DNA of 64,000 nt from Escherichia coli (GTDB lineage Bacteria; Pseudomonadota; Gammaproteobacteria; Enterobacterales; Enterobacteriaceae). The number at the start of each line of letters is the position of its first letter. The first letter of the stretch is position 1. The notes below the pieces were generated by a model. That model did not search any database, was not told the DNA's origin, and worked only from the letters and a program-made list of their open reading frames with translations. Shown here one piece after another: positions 31,684 through 41,931 of this stretch. The translations under genes and the position numbers were made by a program. The stretch lies in assembly GCF_051903065.1 (NCBI RefSeq), contig NZ_CP178438.1; one strand, written 5' to 3'.

Positions 31684-33450
31684 ATGAACACCACACTGAC
31701 ACCCGCAGATCTCGATCCCCGTCGGCAGGCCATGCTGCTGTACTTTCAGGGATACCGCGTCGCCCGCATTGCTGAAATGCTAGGCGAGAAAGTTGCAACC
31801 GTTCACAGCTGGAAAAAACGCGACAAGTGGGGTGACTATGGGCCGCTGGATCAGATGCAGCTCACCACCGCCGCACGCTACTGCCAGCTCATTATGAAGG
31901 AGCACAAAGAAGGGAAAGATTTCAAAGAGATTGACCTGCTGGCGCGCCAGTCGGAGCGCCACGCGCGGATCGGCAAGTTTAACAATGGCGGCAACGAAGC
32001 CGACTTAAACCCTAACGTCGCCAACCGCAACAAAGGCCCACGCCGTCAGCCGGAAAAGAATGTTTTCACCGATGAACAGATTGAGAAGCTGGAAGAAATC
32101 TTCCATTCCTCCATGTTCAACTACCAGCGCCACTGGTGGGAAGCCGGAAAAACCAACCGCATCCGCAACCTGCTGAAGTCACGCCAGATCGGCGCAACCT
32201 TCTATTTTGCCCGTGAAGCCCTGATTGACGCCCTGCTGACCGGACGTAACCAGATTTTCCTTTCCGCCAGCAAGGCACAGGCCCACGTCTTTAAGCAGTA
32301 CATCATCGACTTCGCCAAAGAAGTGGAGGTGGAGCTGAAAGGTGATCCGATGGTGCTTCCTAACGGTGCCACGCTTTACTTCCTCGGCACCAATGCCCGC
32401 ACTGCCCAGAGTTATCACGGCAACCTGTATCTGGATGAATATTTCTGGATACCGAAATTTCAGGAGCTGCGCAAAGTGGCTTCCGGTATGGCTATTCACA
32501 AAAAATGGCGACAAACCTATTTTTCCACGCCATCCAGCCTGACACACAGTGCTTATCCGTTCTGGTCCGGTGCGCTGTTCAACCGTGGACGCAACAAAGC
32601 CGACAAGGTGGACATCGACCTGTCCCACAGCAATCTGGCCCCCGGCCTGCTGTGCGCAGACGGGCAATACCGCCAGATAGTCACCGTGGAAGATGCGGTG
32701 CGCGGCGGCTGTAACCTGTTCGACCTCGACCAGCTACGCATGGAGTACAGCCCGGACGAATACCAGAACCTGCTGATGTGCGAGTTCGTGGACGATCTCG
32801 CGTCCGTGTTCCCGCTCAGCGAACTGCAGGCGTGCATGGTGGACAGTTGGGAAGTCTGGACCGACTTTCATGCACTGGCCCTGCGCCCGTTTGGCTGGCG
32901 CGAGGTGTGGATCGGTTATGACCCGGCAAAAGGTACGCAGAACGGCGACAGCGCCGGATGCGTGGTGGTGGCACCGCCAGCCGTGCCAGGCGGTAAGTTT
33001 CGCATTCTTGAGCGTCACCAGTGGCGCGGGATGGACTTCCGCGCCCAGGCTGACGCCATCAAAAAACTGACCGAACAGTACAACGTGACCTATATCGGCA
33101 TCGACTCGACAGGTGTCGGTCACGGGGTTTACGAGAACGTGAAAGCGTTCTTTCCTGCCGTCCGGGAGTTTGTCTACAACCCCAACGTTAAAAACGCCCT
33201 GGTACTCAAAGCCTACGACATTATCAGTCACCGTCGTCTGGAGTTTGACGCCGGACACACCGACATAGCGCAGTCATTTATGGCAATCCGTCGCGCCACC
33301 ACCGCCAGTGGCAACCGCCCGACCTATGAAGCCAGCCGCAGCGAAGAAGCCAGCCACGCCGATCTGGCCTGGGCAACGATGCACGCACTGTTTAACGAAC
33401 CGCTGCAGGGCGAGTCCGCCAATACCAGCAATATTGTGGAGATTTTTTGA
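31684..33450 (+). CDS. Terminase ATPase (large) subunit P
   Basis: 588-aa ORF; divergent from O and coupled to Q. Confidence 0.9.
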   Translation: MNTTLTPADLDPRRQAMLLYFQGYRVARIAEMLGEKVATVHSWKKRDKWGDYGPLDQMQLTTAARYCQLIMKEHKEGKDFKEIDLLARQSERHARIGKFNNGGNEADLNPNVANRNKGPRRQPEKNVFTDEQIEKLEEIFHSSMFNYQRHWWEAGKTNRIRNLLKSRQIGATFYFAREALIDALLTGRNQIFLSASKAQAHVFKQYIIDFAKEVEVELKGDPMVLPNGATLYFLGTNARTAQSYHGNLYLDEYFWIPKFQELRKVASGMAIHKKWRQTYFSTPSSLTHSAYPFWSGALFNRGRNKADKVDIDLSHSNLAPGLLCADGQYRQIVTVEDAVRGGCNLFDLDQLRMEYSPDEYQNLLMCEFVDDLASVFPLSELQACMVDSWEVWTDFHALALRPFGWREVWIGYDPAKGTQNGDSAGCVVVAPPAVPGGKFRILERHQWRGMDFRAQADAIKKLTEQYNVTYIGIDSTGVGHGVYENVKAFFPAVREFVYNPNVKNALVLKAYDIISHRRLEFDAGHTDIAQSFMAIRRATTASGNRPTYEASRSEEASHADLAWATMHALFNEPLQGESANTSNIVEIF

Positions 33451-34475
33451 TGGGAAAGAGTAAGAAAAACCGCGCTGCGGCGACGAATCAGCTCAAGCAT
33501 AAAAGCCAAACTTCAGCCGAAGCATTCAGCTTCGGTGATCCCATTCCAGTACTTGACCGCCGCGAACTGCTGGACTATGTGGAATGCGTACAGACGGATC
33601 GCTGGTATGAGCCACCCGTAAGTTTTGACGGACTGGCGCGAACATTCCGCGCCGCCGTTCACCACAGCTCACCGATTGCAGTGAAATGCAACATTCTGAC
33701 CAGTACCTACATCCCTCACCCGCTGCTCAGCCAGCAGGCTTTTTCGCGTTTTGTGCAGGACTATCTGGTTTTTGGTAACGCCTACCTGGAGAAACGCACG
33801 AACCGGTTCGGTGAAGTGATCGCCATTGAGCCTGCTCTGGCAAAATACACCCGACGCGGGTTAGACCTTGATACCTACTGGTTTGTGCAATACGGTATGA
33901 CAACCCAGCCGTATCAGTTCACGAAAGGCAACATTTTTCATCTGATGGAACCTGACATTAACCAGGAGATCTACGGCCTGCCCAGCTATCTTTCTGCTAT
34001 TCCGTCCGCCCTGCTCAACGAGTCCGCCACGCTGTTCCGCCGCAAGTATTACATTAACGGCAGCCATGCAGGTTTCATCATGTACATGACCGATGCCGCG
34101 CAGAACCAGGAGGATGTGAACAACCTCCGCAACGCGATGAAAAGCGCCAAAGGTCCAGGCAATTTCCGCAACCTGTTTATGTACTCGCCTAACGGCAAAA
34201 AAGACGGACTTCAGATCATTCCTCTGTCTGAAGTCGCGGCGAAGGATGAGTTTTTAAACATCAAGAACGTGAGCCGGGACGATATGATGGCTGCGCATCG
34301 TGTTCCGCCACAGATGATGGGGATCATGCCGAATAATGTTGGGGGGTTTGGGGATGTGGAGAAGGCCAGCCGCGTGTTTGTCCGAAATGAATTGATGCCG
34401 CTTCAAAAATGTCTTGAAGGTATCAATTGTTGGCTAGATGCAGATGTAATAAAGTTTAACCAATACATTTTGTAA
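33447..34475 (+). CDS. Portal (capsid vertex) protein Q
   Basis: 342-aa ORF, size and position of P2 Q. Confidence 0.9.
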   Translation: MMGKSKKNRAAATNQLKHKSQTSAEAFSFGDPIPVLDRRELLDYVECVQTDRWYEPPVSFDGLARTFRAAVHHSSPIAVKCNILTSTYIPHPLLSQQAFSRFVQDYLVFGNAYLEKRTNRFGEVIAIEPALAKYTRRGLDLDTYWFVQYGMTTQPYQFTKGNIFHLMEPDINQEIYGLPSYLSAIPSALLNESATLFRRKYYINGSHAGFIMYMTDAAQNQEDVNNLRNAMKSAKGPGNFRNLFMYSPNGKKDGLQIIPLSEVAAKDEFLNIKNVSRDDMMAAHRVPPQMMGIMPNNVGGFGDVEKASRVFVRNELMPLQKCLEGINCWLDADVIKFNQYIL

Positions 34476-34483
34476 ATTCCTTC

Positions 34484-34511
34484 GGTAAAAGGCCGCTATG
34501 CGGCCTTTTTT
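34484..34511. terminator. Bidirectional terminator between Q and the cargo operon
   Basis: AAAAGGCCGC-TAT-GCGGCCTTTTTT hairpin between convergent gene ends. Confidence 0.8.
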
Positions 34512-35202
34512 AATTTGCGTCATCATTTTTTTTATTTTCTAAAGACTCAATATACCCTCGCAAATTAAATTCTTTATTTTCTCTGAGTTTAGGTCCTTCT
34601 TTAGTATCTGAGCCTCGTTGCTCACGTAAACTTTTATTCAAAGCATCGATCAATTCTTGTCTAGAGATTTCCGTTGCAATTAACCCATCAAAATATCTCT
34701 TCATTTTTCTCGCGCTCTCGGTTACTTTAACAACTTCAAAACCAAGGCAGAGCAAATAAATTAGCGTTGTTATTGTAAATCCAGTATCTACAGAGATAAA
34801 ATAGCCAATATCGAGCACTTTCTTAAGTGATTCCAAGGGCATAACCATGCACAATAAAACCAAAAGCAAACCAGTGCCAAGATATAAATAAGTCATTGAG
34901 TTTCTTTCAATCAGCTTGAAGTACTCATCTCTCTGACCTTCAAAGCTAGCAACAATCTTAGGGGGTGTTTTTTTTGGAAGATCGAGGTCTCGAATTTTAT
35001 CCTGAAGATCTACGTATCTTTTAATAAGTAAACCGACTATGGCAGCAGTGATTAATGAAAGCGTTTTCGATAAAATATTGCCCATTTCCACGAGCACATT
35101 TAATTTATAATTAATCAGATATACTACACTCGATGCCAATACTCCACTTAAAATGGATAATATTATATAAAACGCATATCGCTCCACTCGATTTTTAATC
35201 AT
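34510..35202 (-). CDS. Cargo protein B: predicted 4-TM membrane protein with charged C-terminal tail
   Basis: 230-aa ORF with four hydrophobic helices (approx. residues 9-30, 43-60, 96-114, 133-149); AT-rich; start overlaps the stop of the upstream ORF (ATGA). Confidence 0.7.
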   Translation of the reverse strand: MIKNRVERYAFYIILSILSGVLASSVVYLINYKLNVLVEMGNILSKTLSLITAAIVGLLIKRYVDLQDKIRDLDLPKKTPPKIVASFEGQRDEYFKLIERNSMTYLYLGTGLLLVLLCMVMPLESLKKVLDIGYFISVDTGFTITTLIYLLCLGFEVVKVTESARKMKRYFDGLIATEISRQELIDALNKSLREQRGSDTKEGPKLRENKEFNLRGYIESLENKKNDDAN

Positions 35203-36230
35203 GGATTTATTACCCCATCAGCTAACAATCTGAGCAACCACTCTACCATTTCCTCACAAACGCTATCAATAACAGGCATCCCATTATTATATTCAATATT
35301 GACGGTGTCTTTTATTTGTATTTCGTCATTTCTTAAAATACCTGCGCCTTTTAACTCTATGGTTAATGCTTCATCACGGTTATCGATAAGAGCCTCCGTA
35401 ATTTTCCTTAAAATATTTTGTTCCTCATCATTAGCTTTATATTTATACCCTATAGAAACATCTATCGTTAAATGTTCTCGAGACATGTCAACTGAAACAT
35501 CCTGTGATGCATTGTGTTTACGCAACACATCAACTCTGTGCTCACCGATAAGAGATTTCAATAATTCACTAGCGACATCATCTACTCCATCTCCATAAGA
35601 GGATAGAGGCAGCTTCAAGCTTACATTTTTTACATTGCTACGCATCAGCAATTCATTAGTCAAACGTAAATTTCCTGCTTGTAATATAATAAAGTTATCA
35701 ACATCAACCCTTAGATTATCCTTCAAAATGTAATTAATATAATTTTCAATATCTTTAATTCTAATTGCACGACTTTGCAATATTATTACATGATTTTTGA
35801 CAATCCCGATATATGCAACACTATCTAAATATTCTTTCGGAACACTTCCAGTAAGCTTTAATGCTTCATAAGCCAATCGATTTTTTTTATATTCTGAAAC
35901 ATCAAAAACTGGCACACTATTCCCTGGCTCAATATAAACTATTTCACCAAAAAATATACCATTCCGTTCGAAGGAATCAGATAAAACCATGTGCGCGTGG
36001 CTGCTAACACAAGGGTCACTATCTCCAGTTTCAAGATAGTAAATTCTGTCCTCAACGGTTGGAAACTTGTGATTAACAATTTCGTTCATACGATTCTGCA
36101 AATCACTTGCTAAAAGAGCATCCTTTTTAGGAAGCATTACTGCGTGTCGATAGTGTAACGCTTTAACTTTTGAGGGATTACTGGCCATGAAACATCCATT
36201 ATTAATCTTAGATTTAGTGATATGGAACAA
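35199..36230 (-). CDS. Cargo protein A: soluble protein of unknown function
   Basis: 343-aa ORF (start may be the internal MASNPSK); AT-rich; no motif recognised; translationally coupled to the 4-TM ORF. Confidence 0.7.
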   Translation of the reverse strand: MFHITKSKINNGCFMASNPSKVKALHYRHAVMLPKKDALLASDLQNRMNEIVNHKFPTVEDRIYYLETGDSDPCVSSHAHMVLSDSFERNGIFFGEIVYIEPGNSVPVFDVSEYKKNRLAYEALKLTGSVPKEYLDSVAYIGIVKNHVIILQSRAIRIKDIENYINYILKDNLRVDVDNFIILQAGNLRLTNELLMRSNVKNVSLKLPLSSYGDGVDDVASELLKSLIGEHRVDVLRKHNASQDVSVDMSREHLTIDVSIGYKYKANDEEQNILRKITEALIDNRDEALTIELKGAGILRNDEIQIKDTVNIEYNNGMPVIDSVCEEMVEWLLRLLADGVINP

Positions 36231-36274
36231 TCATACAATCTGTTAATTTTTCTTGCCACAACTCCTTTTCGCGC

Positions 36275-36294
36275 GCTCGTATCCCCGCCACGCC
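36275..36294. other. Putative cos (cohesive end) site, P2/186-like
   Basis: Reverse complement GGCGTGGCGGGGATACGAGC shares GGCGTGGCGGGGA with the remembered 186/P2 cos core; match is partial. Confidence 0.35.
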
Positions 36295-36498
36295 TGCCCG
36301 CTTTATGTAGTGGTTTTCATGCAGGTGCATGATCTACGCAAAAGCCCGCCAGTTCTGGCGGGCCTTAGCAAAAACGATCCTCAAACGATCATGCGATCTC
36401 ATGCGGCATAGACATGCACTACAGAGCTAACGCCTCGCAAGGGCTCGTTGTTCAACCTTGCTGACGCCAGAAACAAGTTCAGACGCCAGCAACGTTTC

Positions 36499-36804
36499 TT
36501 AATGCAGCCAGCTGTCGTCTTCCCACACCTTCTGCATAATTTTCATCACTTGTTTTCTTTCTTCGTCCAGTTGCAGTCCGGTCAGTTCCACACCGTTAGA
36601 GCTACCTTTGCGGATACGAATTACCGTTTTGGGATACAGGGGGCGCAGATTGCGGTAAAGCTCGGATTCAAGGGCGTCCAGTGTAGACTGGCTAATCTTC
36701 TGCTCTTTATCGATCATTATTTCAATGCGCATAAAAGTCACCTCAGCTGATGACATCCATTGAGCGGTTGTATTCGTGGGTTCTGATTTTTGCCATGAGT
36801 TCAT
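36499..36804 (-). CDS. DinI-family protein (Tum/DinI-like, SOS module)
   Basis: C-terminal part MRIEIMIDKEQK...LDALESELYRNLRPLYP...QKVWEDDSW resembles DinI; true start may be the internal Met. Confidence 0.65.
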   Translation of the reverse strand: MNSWQKSEPTNTTAQWMSSAEVTFMRIEIMIDKEQKISQSTLDALESELYRNLRPLYPKTVIRIRKGSSNGVELTGLQLDEERKQVMKIMQKVWEDDSWLH

Positions 36805-36931
36805 CTGTCAGTTCAGAAACCCACTGCAGAGCCAGCCCCTTCTCTTCATCACTACACTCACTAGCCGCTACAAGCTTAAGAAAAAAATCAATGCGCTGGA
36901 GCTTCAAAGACTCCAAAAAATAGTCCTGCAT
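36743..36931 (-). CDS. Small hypothetical protein, first gene of the LexA-controlled operon
   Basis: 62-aa ORF starting about 43 bp downstream of the LexA box. Confidence 0.45.
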   Translation of the reverse strand: MQDYFLESLKLQRIDFFLKLVAASECSDEEKGLALQWVSELTDELMAKIRTHEYNRSMDVIS

Positions 36932-36973
36932 CTTTCCTCCTATGACACCAAAGCAATACTGTATATATAATCA

Positions 36974-36989
36974 CTGTTTATATTTACAG
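36974..36989. promoter_or_regulatory. LexA (SOS) box in the prophage
   Basis: CTGTTTATATTTACAG, perfect CTGT-N8-ACAG, in an AT-rich promoter-like region upstream of the minus-strand small ORF and DinI-like gene. Confidence 0.75.
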
Positions 36990-37083
36990 TATATAATAAT
37001 CTTACTGATGTAAAACGTTTTTTTACGTTCATCAGCCTGATATGCCTGGTATTATTAAGAGCACGAATTGTTAACCCGCGTAA

Positions 37084-39498
37084 TTAATACAGGTTTCGCC
37101 ACTTATCATCTTCCTGCAAACGCTGGTTCCGATAGAAGATACGCAGGCCTGCTCCTGACGGAATACTGCCACCGCGAAGGAGTAAATCGACCTCTTTCTC
37201 GCTGCCATCAAATCCTCTGGACTTCAGTTCATAGACGAGCTGCTGTCGCTGATGATCTGTAATTCGCTGTTTGTAGTCTTTACGCCGTTTCGGCTTAACC
37301 AGGCGTAACCTTGCTGCCAGTTCCCGGCGCTCTTTTTTGCTCATACTGTGCAGATAATCGTGCAACTCCTTGTCATCCATGCGGGTAATATCCGTTCTGG
37401 TGTCCCCATCAGCTGATTTATCTTTCTCCTGTTGGTTCAAATTTTCAGCAAGGGGACAGTTATTGCCACGAGTCCAAGGGGCGCAAGCGCCCTGGTCGGC
37501 TACCGCCTCCTGAACGTCAACGGCTTTACGAACCATTTTCCACTTCACTGCATGAGTGCAGATCTTGCCCTCTGCAATGGGTGACCAGATGCCATAAATA
37601 CGAATGCCGTGATCGCCATAGGCGGTCGGCTCTTCGTTAATTTCATAAGCAGTTCTGATGAGGTGATATTTGCGGGGAACCAGTACGCCACCCTGCTTCA
37701 TGATGTAAGTGGCAAAACAACCAGCATCAGCAGCAGCCAGGATGGCATCAAGGCGCGGGTTATCCAGTACCGGCGCACCTGCTTTTTTGTCGCCCTGTTG
37801 CCTTGCCGCCTGACCAGCCAGCAATCGCAGTTCACGGTAAGCCTGACGCCCCGGAATACCAAAGAAGCGGAATTGCTGAACACGATGCAGAGACGCCCAG
37901 GCATTAACGTATTCAGCGTTATCACGCAGGGATTTACCCGTTTCCTTGCTGATCTCGCCAGCCAGACCACGCCCGTCAATGTTCTTACTAATGTATTTCG
38001 CAATGTAGCTTGTCGGCGTTCCTTTGCGCGGGTTTATCAGCTCAGACTTAAAGCGTGGCCCCGTGTTATTGCCCAGCTCCTCGCGGTCTTCACGGATGGC
38101 AAACTTACGCAACAATGCAGTAATGGCGCGGCGGTCTTTTTTGCGCATGAAACACAACAGGTGCCAGTGAACTGTGCCGTCATGATGCGGCTCAGCCACC
38201 CGCACGCCATACCAGCGCAACCCGGCTTTGTGCATAGCCTTACGAAATGCAGCAAACATGCCGACCAGATAATCGCTGCTTTGTCTTACTGTCGCGTTGG
38301 TCCAGGTCGGGTTTGGCCTGCCGTTATTTAGCGTGGAATGGAAACGTGACGGACAGGTGATGGTGTAGAAAACGGCGCAGTCACCACGCATTTCCGCGAT
38401 AAGCTCCAGGCCTTTAACACAGGCCATCATCTCGTTGCGGCGATGCGCCGGGTTGCTGCTGCTGGCGTTTACCACATCCTCCATGTTCAGCGTGTCGCCG
38501 TCTTCGTTCACCAGTTCATGAGAACGGAAAAACTCCAGCGACTTACGGCGCTGCTCACGTTTATGCATCACGGCTTCATAGCTAACATAGGGAGATGCTT
38601 TTTTGCTGACCAGGCAGACAGCACGCAACTGCTCTTCCCGCAATTCGCAACGCATCTTCCATAATTTCCGATACCACCAGTCGGCGCACAGCATACGCGC
38701 CAGCGAACCCGGAATGAGTTCATAAGGCACAGGTTTGCGGCGGTTTCTTTTCCGGCGGAGTTGCTCAAACGCAGGCGGTATGACATCCAGTCGCAGGGTT
38801 TCTGCAGCCACCTTTTCCCATGTCTTGCGGATTTCTTCTGGCTTAACATCATCGGAGGCGTACAAATCACCACAAGCGGCATCAAGACACATGCTCATAT
38901 GCGCAGCGACAAGGGTAGACAGGCGTTTCACCTGATCCTGACTCATTTCAGGCAGGATCAGCAGACCGTCCAGCCCCTCATGGCTTGCCATAAAACGAAA
39001 AGATGCAGATAGCTGGCTGTCGCGTACATGCTCCAGTCGTTCCAGACATGGCTTAATCGTCTCACGCAAATAGCGGGAATAAGCCTTTGGCCTGCCCATG
39101 CTGCTGAAATATTCAATACGTTGCATCAGCGGCTTGCTGATATGGGAAGGCTGGGCGTTGACGTCAGCCAGAATGACCATGTCTGGATTAAAACGCTGCT
39201 GCTCATGCGCCATCTTTGCCCGGCTAATGAGCTTATCCTGCTCCATTTCGCGTTGGACAGGATCACGGGATTCATTAAAGAAATAATGCTCCCAGACCTG
39301 ATCACTCAGTGCCTCGCGGCGCAGTTGTTCCTGCTCGTTATCGGTAGCGTACAGAGTGATCAGGTTTGAAAGCGCAGAAACCGGCGCAACTTCCGCCGGG
39401 TCCAGATAAGGGTTAATGGCCTTTTTCGGGCTGTTCCATGAGAACGCTGCGGCAGCCTCGTTAAAGCCGCAGCAGTTGTTCATATCGGCATGACTCAT
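37084..39498 (-). CDS. Replication initiation endonuclease A (rolling-circle, HUH-type)
   Basis: 804-aa ORF with HxH motif (GTVHWHLL); P2 gene A position. Confidence 0.88.
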   Translation of the reverse strand: MSHADMNNCCGFNEAAAAFSWNSPKKAINPYLDPAEVAPVSALSNLITLYATDNEQEQLRREALSDQVWEHYFFNESRDPVQREMEQDKLISRAKMAHEQQRFNPDMVILADVNAQPSHISKPLMQRIEYFSSMGRPKAYSRYLRETIKPCLERLEHVRDSQLSASFRFMASHEGLDGLLILPEMSQDQVKRLSTLVAAHMSMCLDAACGDLYASDDVKPEEIRKTWEKVAAETLRLDVIPPAFEQLRRKRNRRKPVPYELIPGSLARMLCADWWYRKLWKMRCELREEQLRAVCLVSKKASPYVSYEAVMHKREQRRKSLEFFRSHELVNEDGDTLNMEDVVNASSSNPAHRRNEMMACVKGLELIAEMRGDCAVFYTITCPSRFHSTLNNGRPNPTWTNATVRQSSDYLVGMFAAFRKAMHKAGLRWYGVRVAEPHHDGTVHWHLLCFMRKKDRRAITALLRKFAIREDREELGNNTGPRFKSELINPRKGTPTSYIAKYISKNIDGRGLAGEISKETGKSLRDNAEYVNAWASLHRVQQFRFFGIPGRQAYRELRLLAGQAARQQGDKKAGAPVLDNPRLDAILAAADAGCFATYIMKQGGVLVPRKYHLIRTAYEINEEPTAYGDHGIRIYGIWSPIAEGKICTHAVKWKMVRKAVDVQEAVADQGACAPWTRGNNCPLAENLNQQEKDKSADGDTRTDITRMDDKELHDYLHSMSKKERRELAARLRLVKPKRRKDYKQRITDHQRQQLVYELKSRGFDGSEKEVDLLLRGGSIPSGAGLRIFYRNQRLQEDDKWRNLY

Positions 39499-40352
39499 GC
39501 ACGTACTCCGTACACGGCAGAACTATCCACGCCACGCGAATAATCAAATCCCACCCAGCAGCGCGGCCCGGAAACAGCAATGATTTCTGTTGCTGATTTA
39601 CCCTCGCCAGCTGCCACACCGATGCTGCGTTTTACCTTGATATAGTGGTGAATAAAATTGCGATACAGCGAACGGATCAGGGATGTGTCACTGTTAGAAA
39701 CAATGACCGGATGTCCTTCTGATGACCGATGTTCAAGAACGGATGCCAGGTGATACTGATCATCTTCAGTGAAACCATCAGTGTGATAGCCGGAAAACGT
39801 ACCGTCATACGGCGGATCGCAATACACCACATCCCCCGCCTTCAACATCGCCAGCGTTTCATCAAAGCTGGCGCAGATAAACGTTGCTCGCTGGGCTTTT
39901 TCTGCAAATGCGCGAATTTCTTTTTCAGGGAAATACGGATTTTTATAATTACCGTAGGGAATGTTGAAATGCCCGCTCTTGTTATAGCGACATAAACCAC
40001 GGTAACCGTGACGATTGAGATACAGGAAATATACCGCTTTCATGAAATCAGTAATTTCAGTTGAGTAATTAAACTCCTGCCTTATGTTGTAATAAGCCAC
40101 CTCCCTGTTTGCGATCTCAAATAAAACTCTGGCGCGAGATATAAACGATTCACAATCAGCAGCAACCTTTTTATAGAGGTTGATTAAATCAGGATTAATA
40201 TCCGCAACAAGATAGCTGGGGTACTCCGTCTCCATCATCACTGCACAGGAACCCGCGAAAGGTTCAACCAGTCGCGGGCCAGCAGGAAGGTGTTTTTTCA
40301 GTTCGGACATAATTGCGGTTTTATTTCCCGCCCATTTCAGGATGGTGCTCAT
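39495..40352 (-). CDS. DNA adenine methyltransferase (Dam-like orphan MTase)
   Basis: KWAGNK and DPPY motifs; stop overlaps the A start. Confidence 0.85.
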   Translation of the reverse strand: MSTILKWAGNKTAIMSELKKHLPAGPRLVEPFAGSCAVMMETEYPSYLVADINPDLINLYKKVAADCESFISRARVLFEIANREVAYYNIRQEFNYSTEITDFMKAVYFLYLNRHGYRGLCRYNKSGHFNIPYGNYKNPYFPEKEIRAFAEKAQRATFICASFDETLAMLKAGDVVYCDPPYDGTFSGYHTDGFTEDDQYHLASVLEHRSSEGHPVIVSNSDTSLIRSLYRNFIHHYIKVKRSIGVAAGEGKSATEIIAVSGPRCWVGFDYSRGVDSSAVYGVRA

Positions 40353-40576
40353 ACAGCACCTCCGTTGTAATGTTTGCCTTTCAGCTCTGCGATTTCCTGA
40401 CAGGTAATGCAAAGCTGCACTCCAGGAATGGCGCGGCGGCGTGCTGGCGGAATTGGCACTTCACATTCAATGCAAAGCACGCGAGACACGCCCGGTGTTT
40501 TGGCACGGGCAGCACGGATATGGCGCTGGCGTTCTTCTTCAACGCGCTGCTGTACGAGATCCATTGCATCAGCCAT
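40349..40576 (-). CDS. TraR/DksA-family C4 zinc-finger protein
   Basis: 75-aa ORF with CIECEVPIP...CITCQ four-Cys motif. Confidence 0.7.
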   Translation of the reverse strand: MADAMDLVQQRVEEERQRHIRAARAKTPGVSRVLCIECEVPIPPARRRAIPGVQLCITCQEIAELKGKHYNGGAV

Positions 40577-40815
40577 TAGTGGATCTCCTGCGCTTCGTTC
40601 TGGATTGCTTCAGCGGTCACACGCAGCAGTTCTGCCGCTTCGACGTGGTTTAGCTGGCGGGATGTGATATGACACGCAAGACTATCAAGGCGGGCAGCCA
40701 TTGCTTCAGCCCTTGCCCGGCGTTCTTCCAGACGAGCCTCTGTCAGTAAAATATTAAGCCCTACGTCATCCGGTCCGGTTTTAGTCGTGAGGGTTTCAAT
40801 ATTACGCATAATCAA
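40576..40815 (-). CDS. Hypothetical early-region protein
   Basis: 79-aa ORF coupled to neighbours. Confidence 0.45.
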   Translation of the reverse strand: MIMRNIETLTTKTGPDDVGLNILLTEARLEERRARAEAMAARLDSLACHITSRQLNHVEAAELLRVTAEAIQNEAQEIH

Positions 40816-40876
40816 TTCTCCTGAATTTAGATAAAGGGATGCCCGGCGGGTTTACGCCATTAATTTCATTAGTTGG

Positions 40877-41218
40877 TTAATTCGGCATGGTTAGCCGTCT
40901 GGGAAATAAGCTCACTACTGCACGAAAATGATTCATTGCTTTAATCAACTCCCGCTTTTCGTCAGTGGTCAGCTCATTAATGCTGATGCTATGACGTTCA
41001 GCTGGAATTTTTGCCATAAAGAATATGGCAGCCAGTGCCCGTTTATTTTGTTCGCTATTAATATCCCGTGGATCACGCATATCTTTAATAAACCGTTCAA
41101 GCTCTGACTCAATATTAAGACCAAAAACTTTCGCCCTTAACTCCGCAATATGATTAAGTCCATTCAGGCGTTCACCGGGGCTTAATGGAACAGTCGCCGC
41201 AGCGCCTTCAATAGCCAT
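40877..41218 (-). CDS. Hypothetical early-region protein
   Basis: 113-aa ORF in the early operon. Confidence 0.45.
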   Translation of the reverse strand: MAIEGAAATVPLSPGERLNGLNHIAELRAKVFGLNIESELERFIKDMRDPRDINSEQNKRALAAIFFMAKIPAERHSISINELTTDEKRELIKAMNHFRAVVSLFPRRLTMPN

Positions 41219-41412
41219 TTGTTCCCCCGTTTTTTCGTAGATAGTTCTGCCAGCAATTCATCTTGTGAACGGCACGGATGCCAGCGTTTACCATCCTCAC
41301 CCATGATCCAGCCGTGACCGTAGTGCATTGCCGGGCTTTGTTTAACCAGCAGCGATGCAAATGATGGTTCTTTCGTAAGCATAAGCACCTCACAGCAAAC
41401 CGAATGAAGCAC
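41182..41412 (-). CDS. Hypothetical small early protein
   Basis: 76-aa ORF overlapping neighbours; start uncertain. Confidence 0.3.
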   Translation of the reverse strand: MLHSVCCEVLMLTKEPSFASLLVKQSPAMHYGHGWIMGEDGKRWHPCRSQDELLAELSTKKRGNKWLLKALRRLFH

Positions 41413-41899
41413 CGAGGCCAGTCACGGTATCAACTGCACTCGCCATCGCAGGGTTAGCCTGTAAACGGGCCTGCAGTGAAACAGCAGCCAGCGCCATCAG
41501 TCGTGTTACAGAGTTAATGCTGCTGATAGCATCACGACGACCTGCACTGGTTTTTACATCGCCAGATACCGCACCTGCAGCAACACGCCCGATCTCTGCG
41601 GTTGCACTCATGACGTAATGCGGCAGTTTCTCTTTTGCTACCTCATTAATCGGTACACATGGCAGGCAGTGAATCTGTGCCAGAAAACCATCTATCAGCG
41701 TTGAATCTTCAGTCAGATCGGTAAGCAGCCAGATTTCTGGCGCATTGAGCTGATGCGGTTGATCTGGGTTGAGTTTGTTTCGCAGAGTCTGGACATTCAT
41801 TCCTGCACGTTCTGCCAGCTTCGCCATATTGTGACGAAGTGCAAAAGCTCTACAGGCTTCATCAAAATGCGGGTGTTTGGAAATCTTATAATCAAACAT
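41390..41899 (-). CDS. CII-like lysogeny establishment regulator (186 CII-type)
   Basis: 169-aa ORF with HTH (AERAGMNVQTLRNKLNP); resemblance to 186 CII from memory. Confidence 0.7.
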   Translation of the reverse strand: MFDYKISKHPHFDEACRAFALRHNMAKLAERAGMNVQTLRNKLNPDQPHQLNAPEIWLLTDLTEDSTLIDGFLAQIHCLPCVPINEVAKEKLPHYVMSATAEIGRVAAGAVSGDVKTSAGRRDAISSINSVTRLMALAAVSLQARLQANPAMASAVDTVTGLGASFGLL

Positions 41900-41931
41900 G
41901 CTACCCCCTTAGAAAGTTCTCATAATTGAAC

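Noticed and set aside
37609-38331. 240-aa plus-strand ORF inside replication gene A
   Set aside because: Antisense shadow of an 804-aa gene with clear catalytic motifs on the other strand.
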